Shown here: positions 31,990 through 41,552 of the stretch, piece by piece
How the letters are laid out: each line of letters opens with the position of its first letter
How positions within the stretch are numbered: the stretch's first letter is position 1
From: Nitrososphaeraceae archaeon
GTDB taxonomy: Archaea; Thermoproteota; Nitrososphaeria; Nitrososphaerales; Nitrososphaeraceae
Assembly: GCA_036380415.1 (NCBI GenBank)
Contig: DASVEV010000025.1
Span: 1 to 59,200 of the forward strand
Reading direction: 5' to 3'
Length of the DNA: 59,200 nt
Translations under genes and position numbers: made by a program
The notes under the pieces: generated by a model
Databases searched by the model: none
What the model was told of the DNA's origin: nothing
What the model saw: the letters and a program-made list of their open reading frames with translations, nothing else

Positions 31990-33447
31990 TTAACGAATTA
32001 TGAATATTACTATAAAAACTAATGATCCTATTATTTCGCTTGTTAATATTAAATTCTTTATCTTTTTGAATGTGGAATTATCTGATTTCCTATTTTTTGA
32101 TCTAATCCATTTCTGATCCCTGATTGTTACTAAGGCATATAGTTTTATTATCGCAATCATAAAATTGATTACTACATAGACTGGAAGAAGTAGAATATCT
32201 CCCGGATGTCTTTTTAGATGTGGCAAAATTTTAATTCCTCGGCCTATCATCCATAGAAGTAAAATGGATACCGCTAATACATAGTGATTCAAATAAAGGG
32301 ATATACCGAAGAATATTGGACCAAAAAACAATGTAAAGATGGAAATAAACCTATCTATTATGTGAAAAGCTAAGAATGGATGCTTCCATGCCCATCCATC
32401 CCACAAACTTATTAAATCTGAATTATGACTATTTCTTGACCACCTTAATCGTTGACTCCAAAAAGTCTTAAAATCCGGAGCAGCATATGAGTATATTACG
32501 GCATTGCTCTGATAATATGTTTTCCAACCTTTGCTTTGAACAATTCTTGTTAAACATTTATCCTCTCCAGATTCTTTCTTCTTTCCTAATACTATTTCAT
32601 TAAGAAAATTATCCAAATCTTCCATTATAATGTCTTTTCTATATAGCGAAGTTCTACCTGACAGACACGAAAGGGCTTGACCCATTGCAGTCTGAGCAGG
32701 TAGGTCATAATAATTTCTCATATCCCAAAAAATGTCTGTTATTTTTTGCCATATTGTCTTTCTTTCGATAGGATGTTGCCTTGTTGTAACGCCACCTATT
32801 AGTTGATCGTCAAAAGGAGAGAGTATGGATTTCCTAATATTTTCTGCCCATATTGTGTCACTATCTACAAGAGCAACAATTTTATTTCTTGCTTCTTTTA
32901 TTCCTTTAGCCAGTGCAGGTCTTTTACCAGGCTTCGTTGCGATGAGAAGCTTCATAAATGAATAATTTTTTGCAAAAGAAGTGAAAATTTCAATACAACG
33001 GCTATCACTTTGGTCTATAACCCCGATTATCTCATTAGGCTCATTTTTAATCCATGATCTTAATGCCTGATCAAAAAGTTTTGGATCTTCATTATAAACA
33101 GGAGTAATTATGCTGTATTTGTGATAGCTTCTATCATTAGAAGGGACTTTCGGTTTGTATAAAAATGAGGTAGATTTTTTAAATACCCATACACTCCATC
33201 TCCAAAGCCCGATAATTCCAAGTGGTATGTATATCCATATTAGTTGATAGTAATTAATAGCCACATAGCCAAAAAATTCAGAAATATTTAAAACTAGAGA
33301 TTGAATTGGTTCTAAGAGAGATATTTTACTAAAAAAATTTGGTGAGAAAACGTATATAAAAGAAAAAATAAGAAGTACTGATAAGACTGAAATAATTAAA
33401 GCAATCGTAACTTCCTCTGATGCTCTTGTATCCATTAATCTGTACAT
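31990..33447 (-). CDS. processive membrane GT2 polysaccharide synthase (hyaluronan synthase/Cps1/NodC-like)
   Basis: PVYNED, GKR.AL, VDSD, CLSGRT..YR, GEDKCLT, QRLRW give the D,D,D,QxxRW signature; N- and C-terminal TM helices. Confidence 0.9.
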   Translation of the reverse strand: MYRLMDTRASEEVTIALIISVLSVLLIFSFIYVFSPNFFSKISLLEPIQSLVLNISEFFGYVAINYYQLIWIYIPLGIIGLWRWSVWVFKKSTSFLYKPKVPSNDRSYHKYSIITPVYNEDPKLFDQALRSWIKNEPNEIIGVIDQSDSRCIEIFTSFAKNYSFMKLLIATKPGKRPALAKGIKEARNKIVALVDSDTIWAENIRKSILSPFDDQLIGGVTTRQHPIERKTIWQKITDIFWDMRNYYDLPAQTAMGQALSCLSGRTSLYRKDIIMEDLDNFLNEIVLGKKKESGEDKCLTRIVQSKGWKTYYQSNAVIYSYAAPDFKTFWSQRLRWSRNSHNSDLISLWDGWAWKHPFLAFHIIDRFISIFTLFFGPIFFGISLYLNHYVLAVSILLLWMIGRGIKILPHLKRHPGDILLLPVYVVINFMIAIIKLYALVTIRDQKWIRSKNRKSDNSTFKKIKNLILTSEIIGSLVFIVIFIIR

Positions 33448-33692
33448 CTAAGTTATTTATATAATGAGGCCTTCTAATTTATATATAGATCGTAAAATTT
33501 TTATTAAAAAAAATATTAAAGAAAAATAGCAACATTTGTTTATGAGATAAGTTTTATATTTAAAATTCCTAATAATATTTTATAGAAGAATATTTAAAAG
33601 AATTCATTCTAACTATATAAGTGAAAAAGAGATAGTAGTACTTATATATTAATTTGCGTTTTTTTTTATAAAAAGAGGTTTGTGGAACAGTA

Positions 33693-34565
33693 ATGGTAAA
33701 AATTTCTATAATTGGATCCGGGGTAGTTGGTTCTGCCACGGGAAAAGGATTTCATAAGCTAGGTCACAACGTTCATTTCTATGATATTTCTAAAAATAGG
33801 ATGGAAACGTTAAAGAAAGAAGGCTTTAAGATTGCTCATAACGTCAAGGATGCTTTGCAGCAGAGTGATATTACATTTGTCTGTGTTAATACACCTACTG
33901 GCGATAATGATGAACAAGATTTGTCTCAGGTTAAGACTGCTCTTTTTTCAATAAAAGAAGCATTAAATGAATCGACTAAATATAACTTGATAGTTTTTAG
34001 AAGTACTATGTTGCCAGGAACTATGAATGAAATAGTAATTGATTATCTGGATCACGAATGTAACAAAACTAGAGGTAACGATTATGATGTTTGTTATAAT
34101 CCAGAGTTTTTACGACAAGAAAGTGCATATGAAGATTTTTTTATTCCTGATAGAGTAATTATAGGAGAAGATGTTGAAGGCACTTCTAAATTATTACAGG
34201 AATTGTACAAACCCCTTACCGAAAAAATTATTGTTACTAGTCCTAAGGCTGCAGAGATGATCAAGTATACATCTAATTGCTTCTTGTCATTAAAAATATC
34301 ATTCTTTAATGAAATCGGAATGTTATGTAAAGAAATAGGTATAGATGATAGAGCTGTAAGTTTAGGCGTATCCCTGGATAAACGTATAGGTAAATATGGA
34401 ACTATCGCAGGTAGACCATTTGAAGGTGCATGTTTGCCAAAAGATACTAAAGCCTTATCTACATTTATCAGAAAAAGAGGATGGACACCAGACTTACTTA
34501 AAGTGACTTTAGATATAAACAAAAAAATTGAAGAATTAGTAACAAAAACTGCACTTACAAAATAA
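33693..34565 (+). CDS. UDP-glucose/GDP-mannose dehydrogenase family protein lacking the C-terminal domain
   Basis: GSGVVG, CVNTP, RST..PGT, NPEFLR, AEMIKY..N, GACLPKD (catalytic Lys and Cys); ends at 290 aa. Confidence 0.9.
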   Translation: MVKISIIGSGVVGSATGKGFHKLGHNVHFYDISKNRMETLKKEGFKIAHNVKDALQQSDITFVCVNTPTGDNDEQDLSQVKTALFSIKEALNESTKYNLIVFRSTMLPGTMNEIVIDYLDHECNKTRGNDYDVCYNPEFLRQESAYEDFFIPDRVIIGEDVEGTSKLLQELYKPLTEKIIVTSPKAAEMIKYTSNCFLSLKISFFNEIGMLCKEIGIDDRAVSLGVSLDKRIGKYGTIAGRPFEGACLPKDTKALSTFIRKRGWTPDLLKVTLDINKKIEELVTKTALTK

Positions 34566-34662
34566 TATAATTTATTTTATTTACTTTATTAAAAAATTTA
34601 AATCTATTGATCAAATATGAATTAGTAATAAGTTTTTTTATTTTATATTTTTATTTGCTATT

Positions 34663-35727
34663 TTAATTATTAAAAAAATTAGTGTAATATTCAAAAAATC
34701 TCTCTAGTGAAATTAATTGTCTGTTCTCTATTGATATATATAATGAAGCAAAAGCATTAGAAAAAAACAACCTATCTTGTGGGGGTAGTTTAATAAGATG
34801 TCCTATAATATCAGCCGCATCCCACGAATCGCCTGCACCTGTTAAATTTTTTACAATAGTATTTTTTATGTTATATGCAAAATACACCTCATCTCCATTA
34901 GAACAAGCACAACCATATCGTGTATGCAAGTCGATAAATACCCCTATTTTTTTTGCTAACTCTTTACTAGCTAGTTCTATATTGTTGCGGTTATATTTTT
35001 TACTTAAGAAATATTTTTCGAGATCTAATTCAAAGAGTAGAGAATTACATTCATTCTCATTAATACTTAGAATATCTATCATACTGTTTGGATCCCTTAG
35101 TAATGAGCAAAATTCATTACTCCGCGTTTGAATATCTGCAGGATCAACAAAATGTAATGCTTTAGGTGAATTTTTAAATACATATTTTAAAAGTTGAGTA
35201 CCTTTCCAATTGCTAGCCCAATTTACAAGAATAACAGCATCAGAGTTATTTAATATTTCTTTATCATCGGGAGAACTTAGTCTGTCTGGTCCAAAATCTG
35301 AATTCTCACCTACATCACTAATCATTATATTAGAATCATTCAAGTCTATGCAATTATGGATTTCTAGTGACGTTGTGTATCCTGGTTTTCCATATGATAA
35401 GTGCAATCTTACTTTAGGTAAATCATTAAAAAAATATTTTAAGTTCATGTGACTTGAATCATCAGTTATAGTGAATAAATCTACATCAAATCCAAGCTTT
35501 CCAAGACAATAAGCAATATTTACGGCATTTCCTCCTTCAAATTGTGTGGTCGGTATTCCTCTGATGCTTCCACCTCCATACTTTGTTTTTTCTTTTATAA
35601 ATACAAAAAATTCATCTATATTTTTAATTTTGATTATTCTGTCAATAAAAAAATCATGTAATACTGTAATTGATTTATTATTACATTGTGCATCATTTAT
35701 TTTATCAAAAATTGTGTTCGGATCCAA
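34663..35727 (-). CDS. PfkB/ribokinase-family carbohydrate kinase
   Basis: GGNAVNIAY, INENE, TGAGDSW. Confidence 0.85.
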   Translation of the reverse strand: MDPNTIFDKINDAQCNNKSITVLHDFFIDRIIKIKNIDEFFVFIKEKTKYGGGSIRGIPTTQFEGGNAVNIAYCLGKLGFDVDLFTITDDSSHMNLKYFFNDLPKVRLHLSYGKPGYTTSLEIHNCIDLNDSNIMISDVGENSDFGPDRLSSPDDKEILNNSDAVILVNWASNWKGTQLLKYVFKNSPKALHFVDPADIQTRSNEFCSLLRDPNSMIDILSINENECNSLLFELDLEKYFLSKKYNRNNIELASKELAKKIGVFIDLHTRYGCACSNGDEVYFAYNIKNTIVKNLTGAGDSWDAADIIGHLIKLPPQDRLFFSNAFASLYISIENRQLISLERFFEYYTNFFNN

Positions 35728-35783
35728 AATTGTTATAAAAACACCTTTTTGATCTTTTTATAACATATTGTTGTTTATGAAAG

Positions 35784-35927
35784 TTATCTCCAAAATATTG
35801 AAATTACGCCTAACCCCAAGATTGCTAATCCTCCATAAATCATGTAAGTAATATTCATACCCCCAGCACCTGCTGCTATTCCTATTCCTGAACATATCAT
35901 AATCATCTCTGCTGTTCTTCGTCTCAT
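35784..35927 (-). CDS. small two-helix Gly-rich membrane protein (47 aa)
   Basis: Manual translation MRRRTAEMIMICSGIGIAAGAGGMNITYMIYGGLAILGLGVISIFWR*; higher GC than flanks, co-oriented with neighbours. Confidence 0.65.
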   Translation of the reverse strand: MRRRTAEMIMICSGIGIAAGAGGMNITYMIYGGLAILGLGVISIFWR

Positions 35928-36020
35928 TCTTTAAATATTATAAAAAAAGTCGCCTAATTAAGTATTATAGTTCTTCATAAAAAGATTAATAGATAAAGAT
36001 ATAAAAAAAGATTAAAGAGG

Positions 36021-36614
36021 TTAGAGGTGTATTAAACCGCCTTGTTCACTAACATGTGGAGATTGTCCAACAAACTTTCTTCTAAAGTGACCGGATGGTC
36101 TTTTTGACAAAAGTTCAATAAACCATGCCTCGTGTTCAACTTCTTCTTGCATTATTTTTTGTGCTATATCATATGTTCGTGGATCTTTACCTGTAGTCAT
36201 ATCGCAGACTTCTCCCCACGACCTTATTGCACATTGCTCTGCCTCTAGCAATACCTTTAATATGGAATTGATATCTTGCCAGTTATCAGGTAAATATGCA
36301 TCAGGACATCCAGCTTGGTCAGCAAATTCTCTAATATCTCGTGGTAGACTTCCACCTAATTCGTATAGTCTAGGAGTCATTGCTTCAAAGTGATTCCTAT
36401 CTTCAATCCTAGCATCCTCTACTATTTCCTTAATTCCCTCACCTTCTAAACCTGTACAATGCATTCTTAAAATTGTATAATAATAATATGTTGTAAACTC
36501 AGCGCCTACACCTTTTCTAATTAATTCTATTAATCTCTGTACATTTACGCCATTCTTTTCCAAAACTTCTAATGCTACAATCTTTGGAATGGAACTGTTT
36601 TGATTATTTGACAC
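36021..36614 (-). CDS. dps: Dps-like (DpsL) ferritin-superfamily antioxidant protein
   Basis: [55 protein letters not shown] of archaeal DpsL. Confidence 0.95.
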   Translation of the reverse strand: MSNNQNSSIPKIVALEVLEKNGVNVQRLIELIRKGVGAEFTTYYYYTILRMHCTGLEGEGIKEIVEDARIEDRNHFEAMTPRLYELGGSLPRDIREFADQAGCPDAYLPDNWQDINSILKVLLEAEQCAIRSWGEVCDMTTGKDPRTYDIAQKIMQEEVEHEAWFIELLSKRPSGHFRRKFVGQSPHVSEQGGLIHL

Positions 36615-36730
36615 AATATTCGATTTGAATAATAATATTTAAAGGTTTTAAAAATTATAATTAAAACAGTAATCCTAACTAAATATAGGCATCTTAATAG
36701 TATATATATAATGGTTTTTGGATATTGTAT

Positions 36731-36871
36731 ATGGCAACTGAACAAATTGTAGATCCTTTTATGGTTATGATCGCTATTTCAGGATTTTTCTCTGCAACTA
36801 TCTTATTATCATCACTTTTAACAATTAGAAAGAAAAAAATCCAAACTGATAAAATTGAAAATAATATTTAA
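36731..36871 (+). CDS. small single-pass membrane protein (46 aa)
   Basis: Manual translation MATEQIVDPFMVMIAISGFFSATILLSSLLTIRKKKIQTDKIENNI*; TATATATA box about 30 nt upstream; ends 18 nt before the DHH gene. Confidence 0.6.
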   Translation: MATEQIVDPFMVMIAISGFFSATILLSSLLTIRKKKIQTDKIENNI

Positions 36872-36889
36872 TATAGAATTAGCGCTAAA

Positions 36890-37891
36890 ATGACTATTAC
36901 AATTTGTATTTCTCATAAAGAAGATGTTGATGGTCTATCTTCAGCTATACTGATAAATTCTGCATTTAAAGAAAAAGTGTCTGTAGTATTAGTAGATTAT
37001 GCCAATCTTATAAATAAGCTTGAAAAATTGCTTAAAAATCTCATACCCGTAACAAAAGGGTATAATAGAATATTTATTTGTGATCTTGGATTAAACAAAA
37101 AAAATCAGCACAGATTTATTTCTATATTAGGTAAAATGGTTAATTTAGGATATAAAGTAATTTATATTGACCATCATGACCTTGAAGAAGAAGCAAAGAA
37201 GGAAATAAAAAAAATTGGAGTAAATCTAATTCACTCCACTCAAGAATGTACCAGTATTCATGTTTATAATAAATATAAAAAAAAACTTTCCTCCAATGCA
37301 TCATTTTTTGCTGCTGCTGGTGCCTTAACTGATTATCTAGATAACAAGCCTGTAGCATCATCACTGATACCTCGATATGACAGACAATTTTTAATGTTAG
37401 AATCGACAGCAATGTCTTACATGATTTCTTCTAACCAAAACAATGAGGAATATCTGTACAATATTGTTAATGTATTATCTGCTATGAAATTCCCTCATGA
37501 AATTGAAGGTGGGTTTATAGAAGCAGAGAAATATGCAAAAAAAATATCTAATGCTATTAATTCCCTTTCTAATGAGATTAAAACTAAAGATAATCTTGCT
37601 TTAGTACAAAATAATCTTGATCTGGCGTCAAGTACAGTAGTAAATTTTGTTCTAGGAATGTCAGAAAAAAAAATTGCGATGGTTTATAAATACAAAGAAG
37701 AAAAAGAAGTTTTTATTATTTCTATTAGAGGATCTAAAGATTGCAATGTTCATTTAGGAAGAATTGTAAATGAGATTGCATCAACTTTAGGAGGAAGTGG
37801 AGGAGGTCATGATAAAGCATGTGGAGCTGTAATTCCTAAAGATTCATTCAATAACTTTGTTGAATTGTTAGATACAAAAACCGCAGGGTAA
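36890..37891 (+). CDS. DHH/DHHA1-family phosphoesterase
   Basis: HKEDVDG, ICDLG, YIDHH, SIRG, GGSGGGHDKACG. Confidence 0.92.
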   Translation: MTITICISHKEDVDGLSSAILINSAFKEKVSVVLVDYANLINKLEKLLKNLIPVTKGYNRIFICDLGLNKKNQHRFISILGKMVNLGYKVIYIDHHDLEEEAKKEIKKIGVNLIHSTQECTSIHVYNKYKKKLSSNASFFAAAGALTDYLDNKPVASSLIPRYDRQFLMLESTAMSYMISSNQNNEEYLYNIVNVLSAMKFPHEIEGGFIEAEKYAKKISNAINSLSNEIKTKDNLALVQNNLDLASSTVVNFVLGMSEKKIAMVYKYKEEKEVFIISIRGSKDCNVHLGRIVNEIASTLGGSGGGHDKACGAVIPKDSFNNFVELLDTKTAG

Positions 37892-38124
37892 ATCGGTGTC
37901 ATTTAATAATTCTAAATTCAAAATATTTCTTTTATTTAAATAAATTGATAGATAGTAAAGATAAATGAATAATAGAAATTCATATTTGTATTATTATGAT
38001 ATTGACATTTATCACTTATCTAAAGTAAAATTTGTTATTAGTTGACCTAATGGTTTCTTCTTATATTTGTATAAACCAAATTAGTATTATAACAAAATAA
38101 AAATGATTATGAAATGTTACAGTA

Positions 38125-38484
38125 TTAGATACTTATAATTTCATCTACTTTTGAAATTACTATTATTCCTCCAGCTCCACCTGATTTATCAATTTTTGCA
38201 GAATCTTTTAGTATAGACACTACTTCGTCTACTTTATCTTCAGTAACTATTGTTTCTACTGTTCTTCTATTGGAATAGGGCATTGTTGAAATATCTCCAC
38301 GTCTACCGTATCTGATTTGATATTTTTCCCCTTTACCTATTCCCTTTGATTCATAAAATGTTGCAGGTATTCCAAGTTTATTTAATGCAACTAAAACATC
38401 ATCTTCTTTTTCTTCTCTTATAAAAGCCTCAATTCTTATCAATTGAGAATTAGTTTTTTTTCCATTTCCATTTTTCTCCGACAA
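38125..38484 (-). CDS. P-II family signal transduction protein
   Basis: RIEAFIRE, KGIGKG T-loop, ETIV....VDEVV, G.GGIIVIS.V. Confidence 0.85.
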   Translation of the reverse strand: MSEKNGNGKKTNSQLIRIEAFIREEKEDDVLVALNKLGIPATFYESKGIGKGEKYQIRYGRRGDISTMPYSNRRTVETIVTEDKVDEVVSILKDSAKIDKSGGAGGIIVISKVDEIISI

Positions 38485-38719
38485 CCTAGTATCAAATAAT
38501 ATTGAAAGGACCTTTTTTTTAAAGTTATGTTTTATTAAACAAATAAATTTCCAGATTAATAATATAAAAAAGAAAATTTATAATAATTATAAGTTTTTAT
38601 ATAAAAAGTAAAAAAATTTTCAAAGGAATTTAATTTTTTATATTTCACCTGATAGAATTAATATGAACTTTGTTAAAAATTAAAAAAATATAATATCTTA
38701 ATTTATATCCTAAACTGTT

Positions 38720-39106
38720 ATGGACGTATTTTATGATGAACTCTCTAATTCTCTCTCGTCTGAAATTCCTAAAAGTAAAAATTCTTTCCTAAAAGCAATG
38801 CTAGATTTAGAAAAATTTGAAATCGGAGAAAGTTACGTTACTTCTAAGATAAAAAATAAAAAAAATGATACATTCGTAGTAAATATTCAGGGTGGTAGTC
38901 CTGGAATAGATATATCTACTTCACTTTTTAATTTGACTGAGATCCCTAAGATTGTATATTTACGTACAATGATTGATAATATGATTCTAATTAGAAAACT
39001 ACCTGTACTGGGAGTTAAAGATTGGTTACTCATCTACGAAAATACTCTTTTTTCGTTAGCTGTAAAGGAAAAGTATGAGGAATTAGAAATTCTTTGTGTT
39101 TTTTAA
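38720..39106 (+). CDS. hypothetical protein
   Basis: 128-aa ATG ORF with protein-like composition; no motif recognised. Confidence 0.65.
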   Translation: MDVFYDELSNSLSSEIPKSKNSFLKAMLDLEKFEIGESYVTSKIKNKKNDTFVVNIQGGSPGIDISTSLFNLTEIPKIVYLRTMIDNMILIRKLPVLGVKDWLLIYENTLFSLAVKEKYEELEILCVF

Positions 39107-39190
39107 TTTTTTAATAGATATTTTTGTATTCTAAAATGATTTTTTAGCAGCTATATTCTGAATTCCATAGATAAGATTTTAAGTCGTAAC

Positions 39191-41347
39191 ATGATCCAAA
39201 TTCTTGAGATGGGCTTAGCGCAGCTTGCTAAGGTTACTTTAATTCTTCCTAGGATGGAATCATCAAAAGTTGCTAGTCAGCTTGCACAGTTTAAATGGTT
39301 TCATCCAATCAGTTCTAATTCTGAATATTCTGATCCTAATCTGGATGATCTACATTTACGTTCACAAAAACTCTTTCAAAGTATCGATGAAGTTGTACGT
39401 GAGTTAGGGATTAAAACAGAAATTGGAATTATGGATGCTCTTATTAAGGGTACACCAAAGAATAAAAAAGCATTACAAATCTCTGAAATTGAACAGTTAA
39501 TATTGAAACTGGAAGGGGATTCAAAGACTTTGGTAAATGAAACCTCACAAATCATTAACGAAAGAGATTCTTTAAACAGGCAACTTGATGAATATAAAAC
39601 ATTAAAAGATACTCTGAGTGTAGTATCCAATCTAAAGGTCGATCTATCCAAACTTAACAATAGTAAATTATTATATCAAAATATGTTTATTATTAAAACT
39701 AAAGATTTCTCAGAGATTCAACGTTCTCTTTCAGATGTCTCTCTTTTTACATTGAAATTAAATGATACTTATTCTGCTTTATTCATCTTTGCTAACATTG
39801 ATGATTCTGATAAAATAGGAAAAACAATACGTAGTTTTGATATATCACAAATTGCTATACCTAATACTTTTTCTCAAAATCCAAGCGAATCTTTCCTACA
39901 TTTAACTACAAAAATTGAAGAATTAACTATAAAGAAAAAAGAAATTGATTCTAATATTTTGAAGATAAGCAAAGAAAATAATTCAACAATTCTTTATTTG
40001 AGAGAATCCTCTCAAGTTGTACGTGAGATTTTAGAAACTTTAAGAAAACCCGCAGGGTTAAAGAATTTTGCTATTATTCAAGGATACATTCCAACTGTAA
40101 TGGCTGATAGTTTCAAGAAGTTACATGAAAGATGGATAACTATATTCGAGCATAAAAAACATAATAGTTCCTCTCAAATAGAGAAAGATCATGATCATGA
40201 TTCTGAACAGTCAAAAGAAAATCAAGAACCTACTTTATTTGCGAATAGCCGTTATTTTAGATCTTTTGAACCAATAACACTTACCCAAGGTCCACCTAAA
40301 TCCAATGAGATAGATCCCACCCCTATGATTGCATTCATATTTCCTATTTTTTACGGGTTAATGTTTGGAGATGCAGGGCAAGGTGCATTATTAGCCTTGC
40401 TTGGCGCTACATTTAGAATAAGAGGAACAGAAAATTTAAAAAAATGGGGTACATTAATACTTGCATCAGGAATAGCTGCAGTAATTGCAGGTTTGCTAGT
40501 AGGAGAGGCTTTTGGATTTCATATTCTTGAAGTTCCCGGTGGTGAATATCTGAGATCATTAGGATTCATAGGAATATTAAATGCAGCAGACTTTTCTGAA
40601 GAAACTGTACTTACTATTCTTACTTTTTCAATCAATATAGGTATTACCCACCTAGTAAGTGCTTTTGCATTTTCAATATATAAGGGAATAAAACAAGGCA
40701 AGAAATATGAAGTACTTACTAACCGTCTTCCAACTCTGATAATGTATTTGTCAATTATTTCTCTGATGTTAGCTGCAGTAGGTGCTAACTATAAGGTTCT
40801 TGAAATGTATACCAATCAAAACCCTGCACCCTTCTTCTCAAATATAGCCGGTGATTGGGTTACTGTAGAAATAGTTACAAAAATTTCGTTCTTGATACTT
40901 ATGATAACTATGATACTACAAATAATTGCAGTTCCTTTGGGCGTTAAACTTGGAAAATTGAAAGTTCATGGAAATGTAAATGAAGAATTATTTATGACGC
41001 TGATTGAAGTTATGTTAATTAGATTAGTAGAATTATTTGCTAATACAATTAGTTATACTAGAATTGGGATTATGTTACTAGTACATGTCGCTTTAATGGG
41101 GACAGCCAATAATGGAGTAGAATTCTTTTTCTCCAGTGGTAACTTTGCAGTTGGAATAGTAGTGGCAATACTAGGAAATCTAGGTGTGATGATGATTGAA
41201 GGATTACTAGTCTATATTCAGGCACTTAGGCTTCATTTATACGAGTGGTTTACAAAATTCTATGATGGTTCAGGAGTTCCATTTAAAAAATTGGTACCGG
41301 AAATGCTATACACTAGCATCATTTGGGAAAAGAAATTACAAAAATAA
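39191..41347 (+). CDS. atpI: A/V-type ATP synthase subunit I (a)
   Basis: Coiled-coil N-terminus, EIDPTP, FYGLMFGDAGQG, NTISYTR (essential Arg), QALRLHLYEWFTKFY; start may be ATG 39209. Confidence 0.95.
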   Translation: MIQILEMGLAQLAKVTLILPRMESSKVASQLAQFKWFHPISSNSEYSDPNLDDLHLRSQKLFQSIDEVVRELGIKTEIGIMDALIKGTPKNKKALQISEIEQLILKLEGDSKTLVNETSQIINERDSLNRQLDEYKTLKDTLSVVSNLKVDLSKLNNSKLLYQNMFIIKTKDFSEIQRSLSDVSLFTLKLNDTYSALFIFANIDDSDKIGKTIRSFDISQIAIPNTFSQNPSESFLHLTTKIEELTIKKKEIDSNILKISKENNSTILYLRESSQVVREILETLRKPAGLKNFAIIQGYIPTVMADSFKKLHERWITIFEHKKHNSSSQIEKDHDHDSEQSKENQEPTLFANSRYFRSFEPITLTQGPPKSNEIDPTPMIAFIFPIFYGLMFGDAGQGALLALLGATFRIRGTENLKKWGTLILASGIAAVIAGLLVGEAFGFHILEVPGGEYLRSLGFIGILNAADFSEETVLTILTFSINIGITHLVSAFAFSIYKGIKQGKKYEVLTNRLPTLIMYLSIISLMLAAVGANYKVLEMYTNQNPAPFFSNIAGDWVTVEIVTKISFLILMITMILQIIAVPLGVKLGKLKVHGNVNEELFMTLIEVMLIRLVELFANTISYTRIGIMLLVHVALMGTANNGVEFFFSSGNFAVGIVVAILGNLGVMMIEGLLVYIQALRLHLYEWFTKFYDGSGVPFKKLVPEMLYTSIIWEKKLQK

Positions 41348-41376
41348 CAACAAATGATCTAAATAATTAAAATGAT

Positions 41377-41411
41377 ATGACCTAGGATATCTGCTCAATA
41401 TCCTAGGTCAT
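41377..41411. terminator. perfect 14-bp inverted repeat (hairpin) after atpI; terminator or part of an sRNA
   Basis: ATGACCTAGGATAT-CTGCTCA-ATATCCTAGGTCAT; the structure is certain, the function is inferred. Confidence 0.55.
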
Positions 41412-41552
41412 GGGTAAATTGTTCCCCTTCGGTTTGGTCGATGTATTCTATATATGAATATTAGGAATATTTAAACGTGATGGATTAGCTAAAATAATGT
41501 ATTGGATTCTATTATCAAAATAATTTATAAATAACATACGAGTATAAATTAA

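Noticed and set aside
36660-36700. Partial CCTAA/TAGG matches upstream of dpsL as a DtxR box
   Set aside because: Only half-sites with wrong spacing; cannot be supported without a motif scan
38037-38050. TTAGTTGACCTAA resembling the FTR1 operator
   Set aside because: One base short of the 14-bp pattern and located between convergent gene ends, not in a promoter
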